Assembly (NCBI GenBank): GCA_051362555.1
Contig: CM120640.1
Coordinates: 58,382,788-58,446,787 of the forward strand
Length of the DNA: 64,000 nt
Source: Lingula anatina
Taxonomy: Eukaryota > Animalia > Brachiopoda
Direction of reading: 5' to 3'
Made by a program: the position numbers and the translations under genes
Notes under the pieces: model-generated
Told to the model about the DNA's origin: nothing
The model's input: only the letters and a program-made list of their open reading frames with translations
Databases searched by the model: none
In this document: positions 25,166 to 37,900 of the stretch, one piece after another
How the letters are laid out: every line of letters starts with the position of its first letter
Numbering within the stretch: position 1 is the stretch's first letter

Positions 25166-25704
25166 GACTGCGTTCCCATAACCTTATCTTACTAGCTGTA
25201 TCAATCTAACTCTGCTGAACTGCATTTAGATTAAGCAGGTAAAATGTCTGGCACACCTACTGAAGCTGCTAATTAGTAGTTAATTACCCCCTAGCAGCTT
25301 CAGTGGTCATGTCAAACATTTAAGCTGCTTAAACTGAATGCAATTTTACGAGAATCCCTGTGAACTTAGACTGGGTTCCCATGCCTAGATCGCTCTAACA
25401 GGATTGATCTAACTCCATGGGGATTCACGTTAAATTATCAACTTAAGCAGCTTAAATGTCTATCACGCCTACTAAATCAGGTAGGGGGTAATTAACTTTC
25501 GTGCACGCTCAGCCTCCAGTAGTTTATTACCTTCTAACAGCTTGTGTCTGTCATGCCTATGACAGACATTTAAGCCACTTAAGTTGATAGCAATTTAGTG
25601 AGAATCCCCTAGGAGATAGATCGATCCAAATTTGGTATAGTAGGCTCTGGGAATGGTCCCTTAAATCAAGTCAGCTTGTACAAAAAGGTTATGGGAACAC
25701 TCCC
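25166..25704. mobile_element. Older Harbinger-type MITE related to the ~220-bp family, interrupted by a nested relative
   Basis: TIR core GTTCCCATAACCTT / AAGGTTATGGGAAC. TTA at 25163-25165 and 25705-25707. Shares the TAATTACCCCCT..CAGCTT and CATTTAAGC motifs with 12920-13143. Confidence 0.78.
25369..25660. mobile_element. Nested Harbinger-type MITE (largely palindromic relative of the ~220-bp family)
   Basis: Ends GACTGGGTTCCCATGCCTA and TAGGCTCTGGGAATGGTCCC. TTA at 25366-25368 and 25661-25663. Internal arms are inverted copies of each other. Confidence 0.8.
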
Positions 25705-25845
25705 TTAGAAAAGCTGGTGATTATACAAGATTATTGGAAATTAGGAGACATGTTAGTCTGTCTATCTGATTGGATCCTGTGAAAGTCCCCATGGAGTCAC
25801 TGCGCATTAGTTAGGTTGGCAGAATTCATTGTGAATGGCCCTTTA

Positions 25846-26149
25846 GGGACCATTCAGAATGAGAAGAGCTGAGTACTAGCTAGGCCATGAAAAATGGTTG
25901 AACTACTTGAAAGCAAGACCACTTAATCCAGTAATGGTCTCTCTGTCTCTCCCACGCCTCCTATACCTCGTCCCTCGACCAGTTGAATTGAGCTAAGATT
26001 AAGTTACTGTGCCCCTGCAGAGACAACACGTGGGAAGGCTTGTGAGAGGTGGAGAGACCATTACAGGATTAAGCGGTCTTCCTTTCATGTAGGTCCGCTA
26101 TATTTAGGTCATGGCCTAGCACTCGGCTCTTCTCATTCTGAATGGTCCT
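25846..26149. mobile_element. Degenerate fold-back Harbinger-type MITE
   Basis: TIR GGACCATTCAGAATGAGAAGAG / CTCTTCTCATTCTGAATGGTCC. Inner arms resemble the subterminal arms of 12097-12642. TSD degraded. Confidence 0.8.
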
Positions 26150-26154
26150 GTAGT

Positions 26155-26294
26155 CTGGTGATGTCAGTCAGATTTCTGTTGATGTCAGTTAGAACTTGTG
26201 GTGATATCAGTTAGAACTTGTGGTGATGTCAGTTAGGCCTCTGGTGATCTCAGTCAGATGTCTGCTCATATCAGTTAGACTAGTGATGATGTCA
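26155..26294. repeat. Minisatellite, 21-22-bp unit, ~6.5 copies (consensus ~ (C/G)TGGTGATGTCAGTTAGAACTT)
   Basis: Units read directly, e.g. gtggtgatatcagttagaactt, gtggtgatgtcagttaggcct. Confidence 0.88.
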
Positions 26295-28696
26295 TATAAT
26301 GTCCCCGTCTAAGTTAGTCTGGTTATGAACAAAGCTGGTCATCATATGCTTGCAAGCATGTATAAAGGTTCAAATGTGTTTTAAATCAACATTTTATAAG
26401 GGGTTTAGATTAATTTTAACTGGTTAAAATTGTTGTAAAAAGTGTTAATACTCCCTTTCTTTAGGTGCATGCTCTGGAGCACATAGAAGGACTGTTTTTT
26501 CGCTTTTTATTCTTTTGATAAATATATAGATTACTGACCCGAATGTTAGACTTTGTGAGACTGAAGTCTTAAACAGGAACAGTGTTACCAAAACTGTTAA
26601 AGACAGTTTGACCCCATGCTTTTACCCCTGATCCGGGGTGATACAGCCATACTAGTTTACCAAGTGGGAGAAGTACTGCTGTACTGCTGACAAAATAGTA
26701 AATCTGGTAAACAGTCCACCTTTATACCAGTTGCAAGTTTGCTTTTGAAACAAAGAATCAGTAATTGACTCAATTGGTTTAAGAATGTTTTTAAAATGAT
26801 TTGCTCTTAATAAACGTTATTAACATACCCAAATTGGCTATTTGTACCACCTTGAGTAAAAAAACATTGTTAAGAGAATCATGGTGGTTTGAAGACTGAA
26901 AAAAAATTTTAACTGTTAACATCCATTTTAAATCTTTATGATTGTTAACATAGCATAGTCGTCTTTGCCAAGACTGGATTTGACTTTTCTGAACCAAGCT
27001 TCAGATAGAAGATGTTTTAATGCAATTAGTCATCTGGGTCAAGCTCTGAGCCCATGTAATCACTCTATTTACCTGCCCTGTTAACCCTTGTTCTGGCCAT
27101 TTAGCTTGGTAGCACATGGTAGGTAGGTGGAAATTAATACTTGCTGCAGTGTTTCCTAGAACAGTTTATTCTAAACAGTTTATCTTTACAGCATGATACA
27201 TGTCTTTGTTGTACACCCATTACACTGCAGAAGATTAAAAATGAGTTCTGCTGAAACCTGTACACAAATGTTTTGGAAATGTTGAACAAAACAAATAGCA
27301 ATTTTCCTCACTATTTCTCCGTTACAGGTTTCACTTCCATTATTCAATTTTTTTCCATATTTGCCAAATAATTATGCTACTTAGGGGATATGCGTTTTGA
27401 TATCTGTAGAATTGATCCCATGCAGCCCTAATTTCCTTTTGTGCCAAACATGCCAAAGAACCATTCAAAGAAATTGGAAGGTGGTCCCCAAGTCAAGAGA
27501 ATTTGTCCCGACCACATTGATAACATTTTCCTTTTCACATCAATTTCAATTCTAAAATCAACTAAAGAATTAGAGTGACATCTAAGTCGTTGGTTTAACC
27601 AGTGTTTTTCTTGCAAGGTTAAAAGGAAGCCATGCTGAAATACACAATGTTGTTAGAAAGCTTCTTGACATTTGTGCACAACTGCGACAGATTAACTGTA
27701 GTGGGCTCCTTGTAATAGAGCAAGAGTAGGTAATAGAAACCTGTGGGTTGCAAGAAACCTGTGAAAAAATTCACTTTCTCGCAACAGTTTATGAAAATGG
27801 TGAAAAGTAAATATAGGACTTGAGGATATTATCCCAATTGCATGTAGAAAAGAATGTCACCATCTTCCTAAAACAGCCATGTCACAGTGCCCTCATAGTT
27901 ATGCTGTTTACCACAGTTTTTGGCCATGACAACATCATAACACCTGAGAGCGCCATTGTCCATAATTTCATGATGGCAGAGTGGGGGTGTTTTGACTTAG
28001 TGGTGACGTCATCAGCATGGGTCCACTGTTGATATTACGTGACATTGTGACTGTGACCATGACCTTGCTGTGATAGAGTAAGTCATTTTGGCATAATCTC
28101 TGATGGCCCTTTTTTTCATGAATATACCTTTCCCAATTGGCCCTTACTAAAACCTAAGATAGCATGATTAAACAGTATTTCAGGTGCTTGTAGCATGAAG
28201 AACGTAGTGCTGGGAAGGTCTTCAGCACTTTTGCTAGAAGAGCCATTTGCATTCTTTCCAAGATAAGCAGCCTGTCTGATGTATCAGTATTCCTATAGCT
28301 TCCAGTGGCTGGGCCACGAGATCCAGGAAATGTGAACAACCAAAGTAGAGTTTCTTCAGCATAAATATATAATTTGTTACCTTGTCACTTGTAAGTGCTA
28401 CTCAAGTTAGTAAAAATCTGCAGCCATATCTAGGATGTGATTAGATAATTATGGCGTTTCTCAAAATTGAAAAAGTGACAATTTGACAGTTTTGCTTGAT
28501 ATTGATCACCGAGATTCAGGAATTCCCCTTTGTAAAAACCCTTCAGTATTATAGCGACTCTTTTGTGAAATAAATTTTGCTAAAAAATTAAGACCAAATG
28601 GGCCCCCTGCTGTACTAGAAGTAATAGGCATTTGATTTGTGAAGGTGTGTGTTGAAATGTCAACTTCAATTTGAGGGCGGTGACCCTTCTACCTAA

Positions 28697-29243
28697 GAGC
28701 GCATTCTCAACGAATTAAGCCAGGCTTTACAAAGCCGATGACCTAAAAATGGCGGACATACATGAAAGAAAAACTGCCTAATCTTTTAATAGTCTCTCCG
28801 CCTCCCTACACGTCGTCCCTGCGGGGTACAGTAATTAAATCTCGGCTCCGTTCGCAATGCGGAAGCTACCTGAGAGATTTTAAGTGTGCATGCTCATCAG
28901 TTAAACTCGTGGTGAAGAAAGCATGGCGGCTGAAGGCAATCGAAGGAAAAAACCTCTTCTGTTCTATTATCTTTGAAAACAGAGACGAAAAAGGAATAAT
29001 TTGGCCCGTAGAGCAGCAATGAATCGACTATCTACGGAGATAATATCACCAGAGATATTCACGGAAATATTAATGTTCGGAGCCGAGGTTTAATTACTGT
29101 ACCCAGCAGGGATGACGTGTGGGGAGGCGTGTGAGAGGCGGAGAGACTATTAAAAGATTAGGCGGTTTTTTCTTTCATGTACGTCCGCCATTTTTGGGTC
29201 ACCGGCTTTGTAAAGCCTGGCTTAATTCGTTGAGAATGCGCTC
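28697..29243 (+). mobile_element. PIF/Harbinger-type long-TIR MITE, copy 2
   Basis: Same element as 12097-12642 (about 17 substitutions and 1 indel by eye). Has its own TSD, TAA at 28694-28696 and 29244-29246, so it is an independent insertion. Confidence 0.93.
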
Positions 29244-31465
29244 TAAGTGCCCTAGGCATATGATATCTACATGTATAAGATCGCCATGGTTACATAGCAC
29301 TTAAAATTTATAAGGATCATGGTCAGATTGCATTGACATGCTAGACAGAGGATAGTGCCCTATTTAACATGTGGCATGGTACGATTTGACAAATTTATCT
29401 ATGGTATGACTTTCTTGTTAGAAAAGAAACAGAAAAGGCATCAAATACATGAGCAAATACCTGTCCTTCCAATTTAAAAGAAAGAACTTGTGGATATGTT
29501 TCTAATACTGTTGTTCACAAAGAGAATGCCCCCACCCCCCACACACTGCTTATCCTACAGTGACTATCTGCACTCCAGGAAGTAGGGATTGATAAGATGA
29601 TCCCATTGACAACAATAAACAGTTGCTACCAACTTACTACCATGTTATGGATGTGTGCTTGCAGACATACTCCTGTAGTGATTAGAAGAGTATCACAAGT
29701 AAGCAAAGGAACATGCTGTTTTATGTTTCCTCTCCTTTTATACTCATTGCAATTTCAAGTGAAAAAAAAGTTATATCCAATACATACTACTGTATTATTA
29801 AAGAGCCATTAAAATAACATTAAAGTATGCTGAAAGCTTCCTATTTAGATGTTGCTTCAGTACACCTGTATTTTGTGCACCTTTTTCTCAGTAGGTCATG
29901 CCAGACAAGGGTGATTAGTAAACTTATCCCAACACCAATTCATCAGTTGTCAGTGACACTGATTATAAAGATGGTAATATAAACTTTTCATGGGTCTAGT
30001 GCATTGACTTATGGTATTCCTGCTTAGGTGGAAGTTCTTTTTAGTGCAATTTGCCTTAAAGGAATTTTCTATTGATATGTTTATTTGGAGTGTACTTTGA
30101 GAGGCATGTTGTATGGAATTGGTGGAATTGAAAGAGAATCCATGATAAACATTTTGCTTTATGCATGACTCTATTAAAAGCAAACCAATATTACTACAGT
30201 ACAGTACCATATAGAGAAATTTACTTTTATTTCACATTGAGACATTCTGATGATAAATTGGGGTTAAGTGTTTGTCCTCTCTCTGTCTGTTTGTCCTCTT
30301 GTCTGACTGCATAGCACAGTTATCTAAGGGTGGTGAATTTTGTTGTGTTGCTTATTAAGCAGGTATGACTAAATGTATACACCTGTATGAGTACACTTAT
30401 AATTAGCACTGAATTTAATACTTCAAGATATTTCTGAGATATTAAATGTGCTATGTAACTGTCTGTAAGTAACAATTTAGAAATTGGCAAAAGAGTGCTG
30501 CTAATTTGCTGCTGACAATACAAGTCTGATCTCTCTATTCAGTTGAATATGCTACTTTGGGGAAGATAATTCCTTGGGTTGTGGTAAATGGACAAACGTT
30601 ATTCATTTGACTAGTATTTTATTTGGTAATCAGCTTGTTTTGAAAAAAATCAGCTCATCTTTTACCACTTATTGGACTCCAGATAATCAAGCCCTCTTGT
30701 CACTAGGATTTTCCAAGGTCCAGAAAAGAATAATCTCATCAATATTTAATTCCTTTTCTACCTTAAAAGCTAGAATACTGCCATGAATATTGTGCTCTAG
30801 TCAATTTAGCAAAGCTTTTATATAAATGTCATAAAATGGGATAAGGCTGAATACCATTTACACGGTTCAATAACTGTGAGATAGGCAAAAATATATGAGA
30901 TGTGATAGATTCAACTGGCAGCCTATGCTGAATATCCCCCTTTCCTGCTGGGTAGCAGCATTCAGTATATTGTTATTTTAAGGTTGTTAGATTAAGCAGC
31001 TAACTCAAATAATGATATATTTAACATCAGAAGCTTGAACGATTTAGCAAGTGTTCGAATTAGATTACTGAGCTAAGGATAGTATATCATTGGATTTAGA
31101 AGGCAGGTTTGATTTTTTTTCCCTTTTATGCCATTGTGCCAATGGCAGTTTTGACTGACAATTTTATATCTCTATGCATATAAATATCATATTTTACTGA
31201 GATGACAGGGCATTATAGTAAAGACAGGTAATGTCAAAATGTTTCGAATTGCATCCATTTAGAAAAGTGGTGGTTGGGGATTTGTGCAGAAGGAGGATAA
31301 TTCTGATTGTGATGAGGTTCCATTTAACCACAGTCATCGTTAAAAAAAACAAAAAAACTGAGAAATGCAGAAATTTAAGGGTCTATTTGCTTTTATGAAA
31401 ATCCAAATGATTGTTTTAACATCAAAGGTTGACTTGTGAACTGTTTCTGAATTTACTGCTCATAA

Positions 31466-31637
31466 TTCATCATCATCATTCAGAGGCTAATGTTCCTCTT
31501 TTGGATAGAAGCCTCAATATGCTTCTTCCAATGTATTCTGTCTTGGGCTATGGACTTCCAATTTGCTTTTTTCCAGTACTCATCCTTCGTCTCTAATGAG
31601 GCTTTTCTTGTTTCCTATGCCCATATCTAGGTGTCCA
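31466..31637 (-). mobile_element. Short, decayed 5'-truncated RTE-clade LINE
   Basis: Minus strand gives WTPRYGHRK... then, after a stop and frameshift, DEYWKKANWKSIAQDRIHWKKHIEA, homologous to the end of ORF 3280-3675. (CAT)n tail. 9-bp TSD TGCTCATAA at 31457-31465 and 31638-31646. Confidence 0.85.
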
Positions 31638-34600
31638 TGCTCATAAATTAGTTCCATTGAAACCCATGTTTGTTTACAGCAGAAATAACTTGTTCTCTAG
31701 CCATCTAATAAAATTTCAGTGTAGCTTGCCAGTGTAAGTATCTTGTGTGTGTTCAGATATTGATCACTGTCTGGAACTGTGAGGTGCTGCCATCTATTGT
31801 GACAAACTAGAATTATTCACTGAGTCAGGTGTGATTAAATAGGTGACACTCTTGTTGCACTTGTATTGGGATGGATGGAATTTCAGGAACAGTTAACCAT
31901 TTCCTTAAGTGATGTTTTTCATGTATGACCAAATGAAGAATCATGTCTTAAATCAGATTGATGCTTTGCTGTGCCGCCCCAGCGCAATTTTGGCCAGCAA
32001 AAACCAGTATATATAGATTTTTGAGTAGACTTTCCTTCACTTGTGTAAGTCTAGCCTGTAATGTTCCACGGATGTCTTTTGCATTGTAGACAATGTATTA
32101 ATGGACTTAAATGATTTTAACTGCAGTGCATTGACACTTTCAAAAGAAATATAAACCATTTCTGCAGCTATGCAACCAGGATTTGGTGAACAGTAAATGT
32201 AAGTTCATATACCAGTGGTAAGACTAGACTTTAACAGTAGGGAAAAAAATGTTGTGCTAATGCTGGAGGGAGCAATATAATATATGATCAACTCTCATTG
32301 ATTTGTCATTGACATGGAGAATCTATACCTTCCTGGGGCTTGATTAGACTTGACTGTAATGGTCACAGATGCAGCTGCTGCTAGGCTTTGCAGAAACATT
32401 GGCTCTTTGATACCTTCAAATTGATTTCCCAAGGAATATGAACCTGAACTGCGAAAAAAAAGGCTTTCCAACTGGGCAGATTGGATCAGCTAACCTTTAA
32501 TTATTGAATTATACTGTTTTTTTACTCTTTCCTTCTCTTATTGGAAAAGTTCCATGTGCCCGAGTTTAGATGGTTTAGAGTTTTAACAGTGAGGAAATGA
32601 TTCCAATAATGAAAAGGTAATTGGACATCATTAAGCTGTGAATTTCATAATTATGAAACAATCCCAAATAGATACCTAACAAAGGTGTGAATTTGGTCCA
32701 TTTAAAACTTTGAACAGTCTAGAAGTACAAATACCTAGGATGTCAGGGCATATTTGTTTTGGGCATAATGTCGCGCTTTTTCTTTGACTTAACCAGTGCT
32801 GTGTTTGCTGAGCCACGTTAACTATTTGCTGAGAGAGTTGAGGATTGTTTGTTAAGCATTTGAACAACTTGAAGTAAGGGCCTCCTGCAGACCAAGTGGC
32901 CCGTGGAGAGCTAGGAGATTGATCTTCTACTGGGCATCTGAACAGTTTTCTTTGTGTTAATCCCATACCACTCTTTCCTGGCACTTAACTGTAAAACCCA
33001 CAGATATTCAGGGTCTCGATGATGGTAATTATAATGCATGACAACACGCTGATGATGATAATGGTAGTTTCAGTGATGCCCGCATTTTGTTTTTAAAGTC
33101 CCTCGTTTGAAGTAATTTTATGTAAAAAATTCAGTGTGCCCGCATTTAGTATTTCATGTTTCCTGGATAAAAAAAAAATTCAATTCAGATATCAGTTTCA
33201 GTTGGTTGTATTCTCTAATGGGCCATGGAGGTAAGGGATTATTAAATATTTGATCAAAAATAGAAGTTGTTCTTTCTATTCCACATGTAGTCATAAGGTT
33301 ACAATATGATAACCCAGTGGTTTTGTTTTGAACAACAATAAAAGACACAGTAAAAAAAAAACCTTTTATATTAAAAGGCAGATGTGACAAGGACACGTTT
33401 GTGATATGACATTGAGTGATGAGTGTTTCATTGGGGGCCACATATTACTTGTTTGGTGCTAAAATATTGATGTTCTTATTGCTTTGTCCAGAGGATCTAA
33501 AGGGTGTGACAGTTGAGCAGTGAAGTAGCTTGATAGCAGTTTTAAGCACTTGCAGGATGACATTTCTGAAACAGCATTTTTCAAGAAAAATAGAAGTCAT
33601 TGACATTGGGTATGTGTAGATGGAAGTAAGGTAGCAGAAGGTAAAGGTGTTGGGACAACCTTGTTTAGTCTGGGAATTATAATGACAAGGTGAAAAGAAA
33701 TCTCCTAGCCAACAAGCTGGAAATAAGATGCAGTAGGGGTGCCTTGGTAATCCTAGCAAGTTTGACCTTGTCAAATCAATAAGCTGGTTGTTTTTCAGAA
33801 CAATTCTGGGTTTAATCCCCAATGGAGACATACACCCTAAGATGCCAGATAAACCCTATCATGGACTCTCACAGTGTCAAAATTTGTAATATAATTACTG
33901 GCTTTTGTTCCTTTAATAATGTTTGATAAGTTTTCAAAGTGAGTTAATATCTATCAAACATACTTGGTTGCCTGATAGGAGTGTTGGTAGCAAGATAACA
34001 TGCCAAACATAGTGATATTTTACCTGACGTTGCAGGAATTTGTAATATAGCCAGTCTTAAGGGTGAACTCCACGTTGCTGGCGGAATTACGAAGGTAAGC
34101 CAGGTACTTTTGGCATATCTATTTACAATGTCACCCTTTCTGGTTGTCAGTCCCTGACAGGTAGGTAAGAGAAAGGAGGTTTTAAGACTTTTTCTGTTGG
34201 ATTTGTTGCCTTCAGTGTAGATCAGAAGTCGGTCACATTACCTAATAGAATTATTTTGCTCTAGGTTGTTGTAAGTCGAGAATTGTGCCATTTTTTTTTT
34301 TTTTTTTTTAAGAATTTGGGATCATATAGCCAGGAAATTTTGTATCATCTGAGCAAAATCTCCTTGATTCTTTTCTTTTTGGAAATTTGATTTATTTACT
34401 TATCAACCAGACATTTCTTTGGGTCCAGCTGTTTATTAATTCCAATTGATGTATGTCAGGATGCAGTCTTTTTTCCATCAACTGGCTCAATGCAAGTTAC
34501 ATTTAGCAACCATTTTATGTCTGATTTGCCTTTGTCTTGTACAAACAGTTAATGATTTTGCTAATACTTTCTTGTGATAAATACACATTCTGGTACTTTA

Positions 34601-34884
34601 AGACTTTTGTATTGTTTTTTCATTAAGGTGTTTTTGATCTCGGTATAATGGTATAACGTTTAGAAAGAATAAAGGACAGCATTACAAGTTTGATAATGTG
34701 AACCCAGACCTAACCTAAGTTGGCTATCAGAATTTTTTTCTTAAGCAGTTTTAGATGTTTTTGTTATTAAATTGCTTTAATTGAAAAAGCAGAAACATGC
34801 CTCAACATTAAGTGTTTTCCCCTCATTTTTGAAATGTGAAATATTGCAGTCCAAGATGTAGTGCAAATGTTAACTTAACTTATG

Positions 34885-34885
<1 letters not shown>

Positions 34886-34920
<35 letters not shown>
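34886..34920. repeat. Poly-T tract (35 nt)
   Basis: Read directly. Confidence 0.9.
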
Positions 34921-34922
<2 letters not shown>

Positions 34923-37900
34923 AGTTTTGTTCTTGACTGGGCAGTTATTCACACAAAATAGCCATCGTTTAGAGAAATTAAAGAATTGTTGGAATGGTTG
35001 AGGTTTTGTTAAGTAGTTTTTTTTTTTAGTTTGAGATTTTGTAAAATTTCTGTTATTTTATCCTTGTTTTTTAGCCCAAGCTGTTAACTGCTTTGTTATT
35101 GGTGCAAAATGTACTACAGTTTTTTCCATTGAGTGAAGAAATATATCGTGTTTTGTGCAAATACCAAGGCATTTTAGAAACAGAAAGAGGTTTTTTTAAC
35201 TATCAAAAGCCAACATAAAAGTTTGTACTTGCGAAAATAAGAAATACAGTCAAAGGTTCACTAATGCGTCAGATTTTAACCAGGAGTGCCAAAAGAATTA
35301 TCATTCATTTAAGAATTTGTCCTTAATCTGTAAAATAATAGAAAAGAGATGTTCTTTACAAATACAACCCGTGTCAGATAAATCCCAGAATAATGCATTT
35401 AGTATTACAGATTGACCAAAGATTTTGCAATGCACACTTAAACTCGAATGTCTGTCAACAATTTGAAAATTGTCAGATATCCACCTGATGTGATTTGTAT
35501 TGAATTTTCCAACCCATGGAAAAAAAGAATTGTTAACAGGTGAGAAGAGCAAAGAAAATCAGAGAAAAACTTAGCCAAGATGTGGTAACAGTTAATAACG
35601 TCACAGTTCAAATTGGGATCAAAGAACCAGTGATGTTTGGTGCCAAAGTTCAGCTATATCTTGTTTATTTATATTGTTAAACTGCCAGTGTTGCCCCTAG
35701 GTTAAACTGCTGTCAGCTTGTGATACCTAGGAGGTCCTGCCCTTCACTGATTTGTGTAATGAATTATGTTAAATCTGTATCAAACACATGTAGTTTTTGC
35801 AGAAATTGCCAACATATTGACTGTTTCTAGTTACTTCTCATAGGCATGATAATGCAGTGTAACTTACTGCTTATTTTATTTATTTTTTTTTCTGCTCTGA
35901 CATTTGGAAAATTTTATGCAATTTTTTGTATTTTTTTAATGACACCCAGTATACTAGTGATAAAACAAAAAGGAATAAGAATGCACAAACCCCATCACTG
36001 GGCTTGTATGGTATGACAAATTTAAAGAAATAACTACTTCAAGGTTGTTGTAAAACTGACAATGTTGTAGGGTTTTTCACTTTGAATACATCAATGTTTT
36101 TCATTATATCTTAGCTGTACAAACTTTGAATTTACTTACTATGGTTATAATGAACATCATGAGGATACAAGGATCAGAGTTATTTTTATAATTAATTTTC
36201 CTAAGTTCAAAAAGAGCATATGGCAGCAAATTAAAGATCTCAGGGACTGCAGAACAGCCAGGCCTCTGCAATTTTAATGACATCTTTTTCCATAAGGACC
36301 AAATTTTTTAAAGATAACATCTCATTTCATTAATCATGAGATAACACAGTTACCGTAACATGATGGGTCTTATCCCAAGGGAAAATTTGATGAATGGTAG
36401 TGCACAGAAATATTATTCTGGTGGTTTAATGTTTTTATACTCTTGTTGAGTTCATAGGCAATTCCAACTATTGTATCTGATTGTTAAAAAGGTATCTGTT
36501 GTTATAATACCTCTGAGACGATTTTCATGTTTCGAGGGTAGAAGTGATAGATGAGAGAGAAAAATGAATTATGTTGACAAAGATGCCTGGAGTAAGTGGA
36601 TAGCATGGCTATAAATTTTATATTGGTATGGGTATGCATAAGCCTTTGGTGGGATATTCATAAATACCAGTGATTTGTGTCAAATATAATAAAAAATAAT
36701 AATGGTGAAAGTGTAAAATTCCTAGTCGTTGGTTTTAATACCTTATGTATTTTACAATCTTTTGAATTTCAAATTTTATTTTTCCTCCACAGTATGTGGT
36801 GATTACTTAAGTATAAATTATGTTACACTTGGACTTGTTAGATTCAGAAAATGATCAGTATCTGGCTGTTTTTTTATGTCAAAGACATGCAGTCTTCCTA
36901 GCTGCTAATTTTGCTGGGCAACAGAGACACTTCTATCACACAGGTCCATGATAAATCTGCTCATCCTTCTATCTAGACAGCGCTTATTGGACTGGTTTCA
37001 ATATCTTCCTAAGCTCTGTTTACACCTGCTAATCTCAGGTGTAATCACTTGGGGCTTAAGCTTTCATAAAACACTATTTACAGTAGGTTTATCAGTCTGC
37101 TTTTCTGTATCGTATGTTTAACAGAATTAAACGAGATACAGTACACAGAATAATGTCGCAAATTTGAACCCTATTTCTGAAAGAACCTCCCAAATTTTCA
37201 TAACATGGTCTAGTTTCCATAACAGGTAGATCGTAAACTGCTTGGTGGTACTAACATTAATGTGAAAATGTTTTAGACATTATCTTATGTAAGTGTAAGT
37301 AGGCGTTTAATTATCATCAAATAGGTGTTGTTAATGGTTTAATAACGTAGTATCATTTATCGTTTTAAAATGTTTTGAAAATCATCTCTGCTGTCATTAT
37401 ATAAAAAAGATCAGTTTAAGGTCACCTGATTGATTTTGGTTTTCTTAGTTTTAAAAAGGCTTTATTGAAATCAGCAGTATTTGAAATCTGAAATTTTCAA
37501 ATGATAATGATAAGATGATGATACATCCTTCAAAAGTGTTCAGACTGACAATATTGATAGATTTAAGCCTTAATATTTCTTTATGAGAATTAGTAGATTT
37601 TATTTGGAAATTCACCTTAGGAAGTTGATGCTAGAGTGAGTACACACAGCAAGAATATAAGTAAAAAGTGGAGTTGGAATTTAGGACCATGTGGCACATT
37701 TCCCAATCAAACTCATCTTACAAGAATTCATGCAATAGCTTTGGTTGATGCATGTTTACATAATACATTGACATATTATGCCTAATTCATGTTCCTGTAG
37801 TTCATTCCCACTTTTGATTATGTGTTTAAATTGACAGACATCTATTCACAGGTGGCAAAATTATAAGGCTGAAGCTTCTGGGCCCCCCTTTGAATGGGGA

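Noticed and set aside
26155-26294. Regular short repeats, possibly CRISPR-like
   Set aside because: Head-to-tail degenerate units with no unique spacers, no cas genes and a eukaryotic context; this is a minisatellite.
34886-34930. T35-GCAG acceptor-like site
   Set aside because: The phase-0 frame stops within a few codons and I found no supporting donor or homology.
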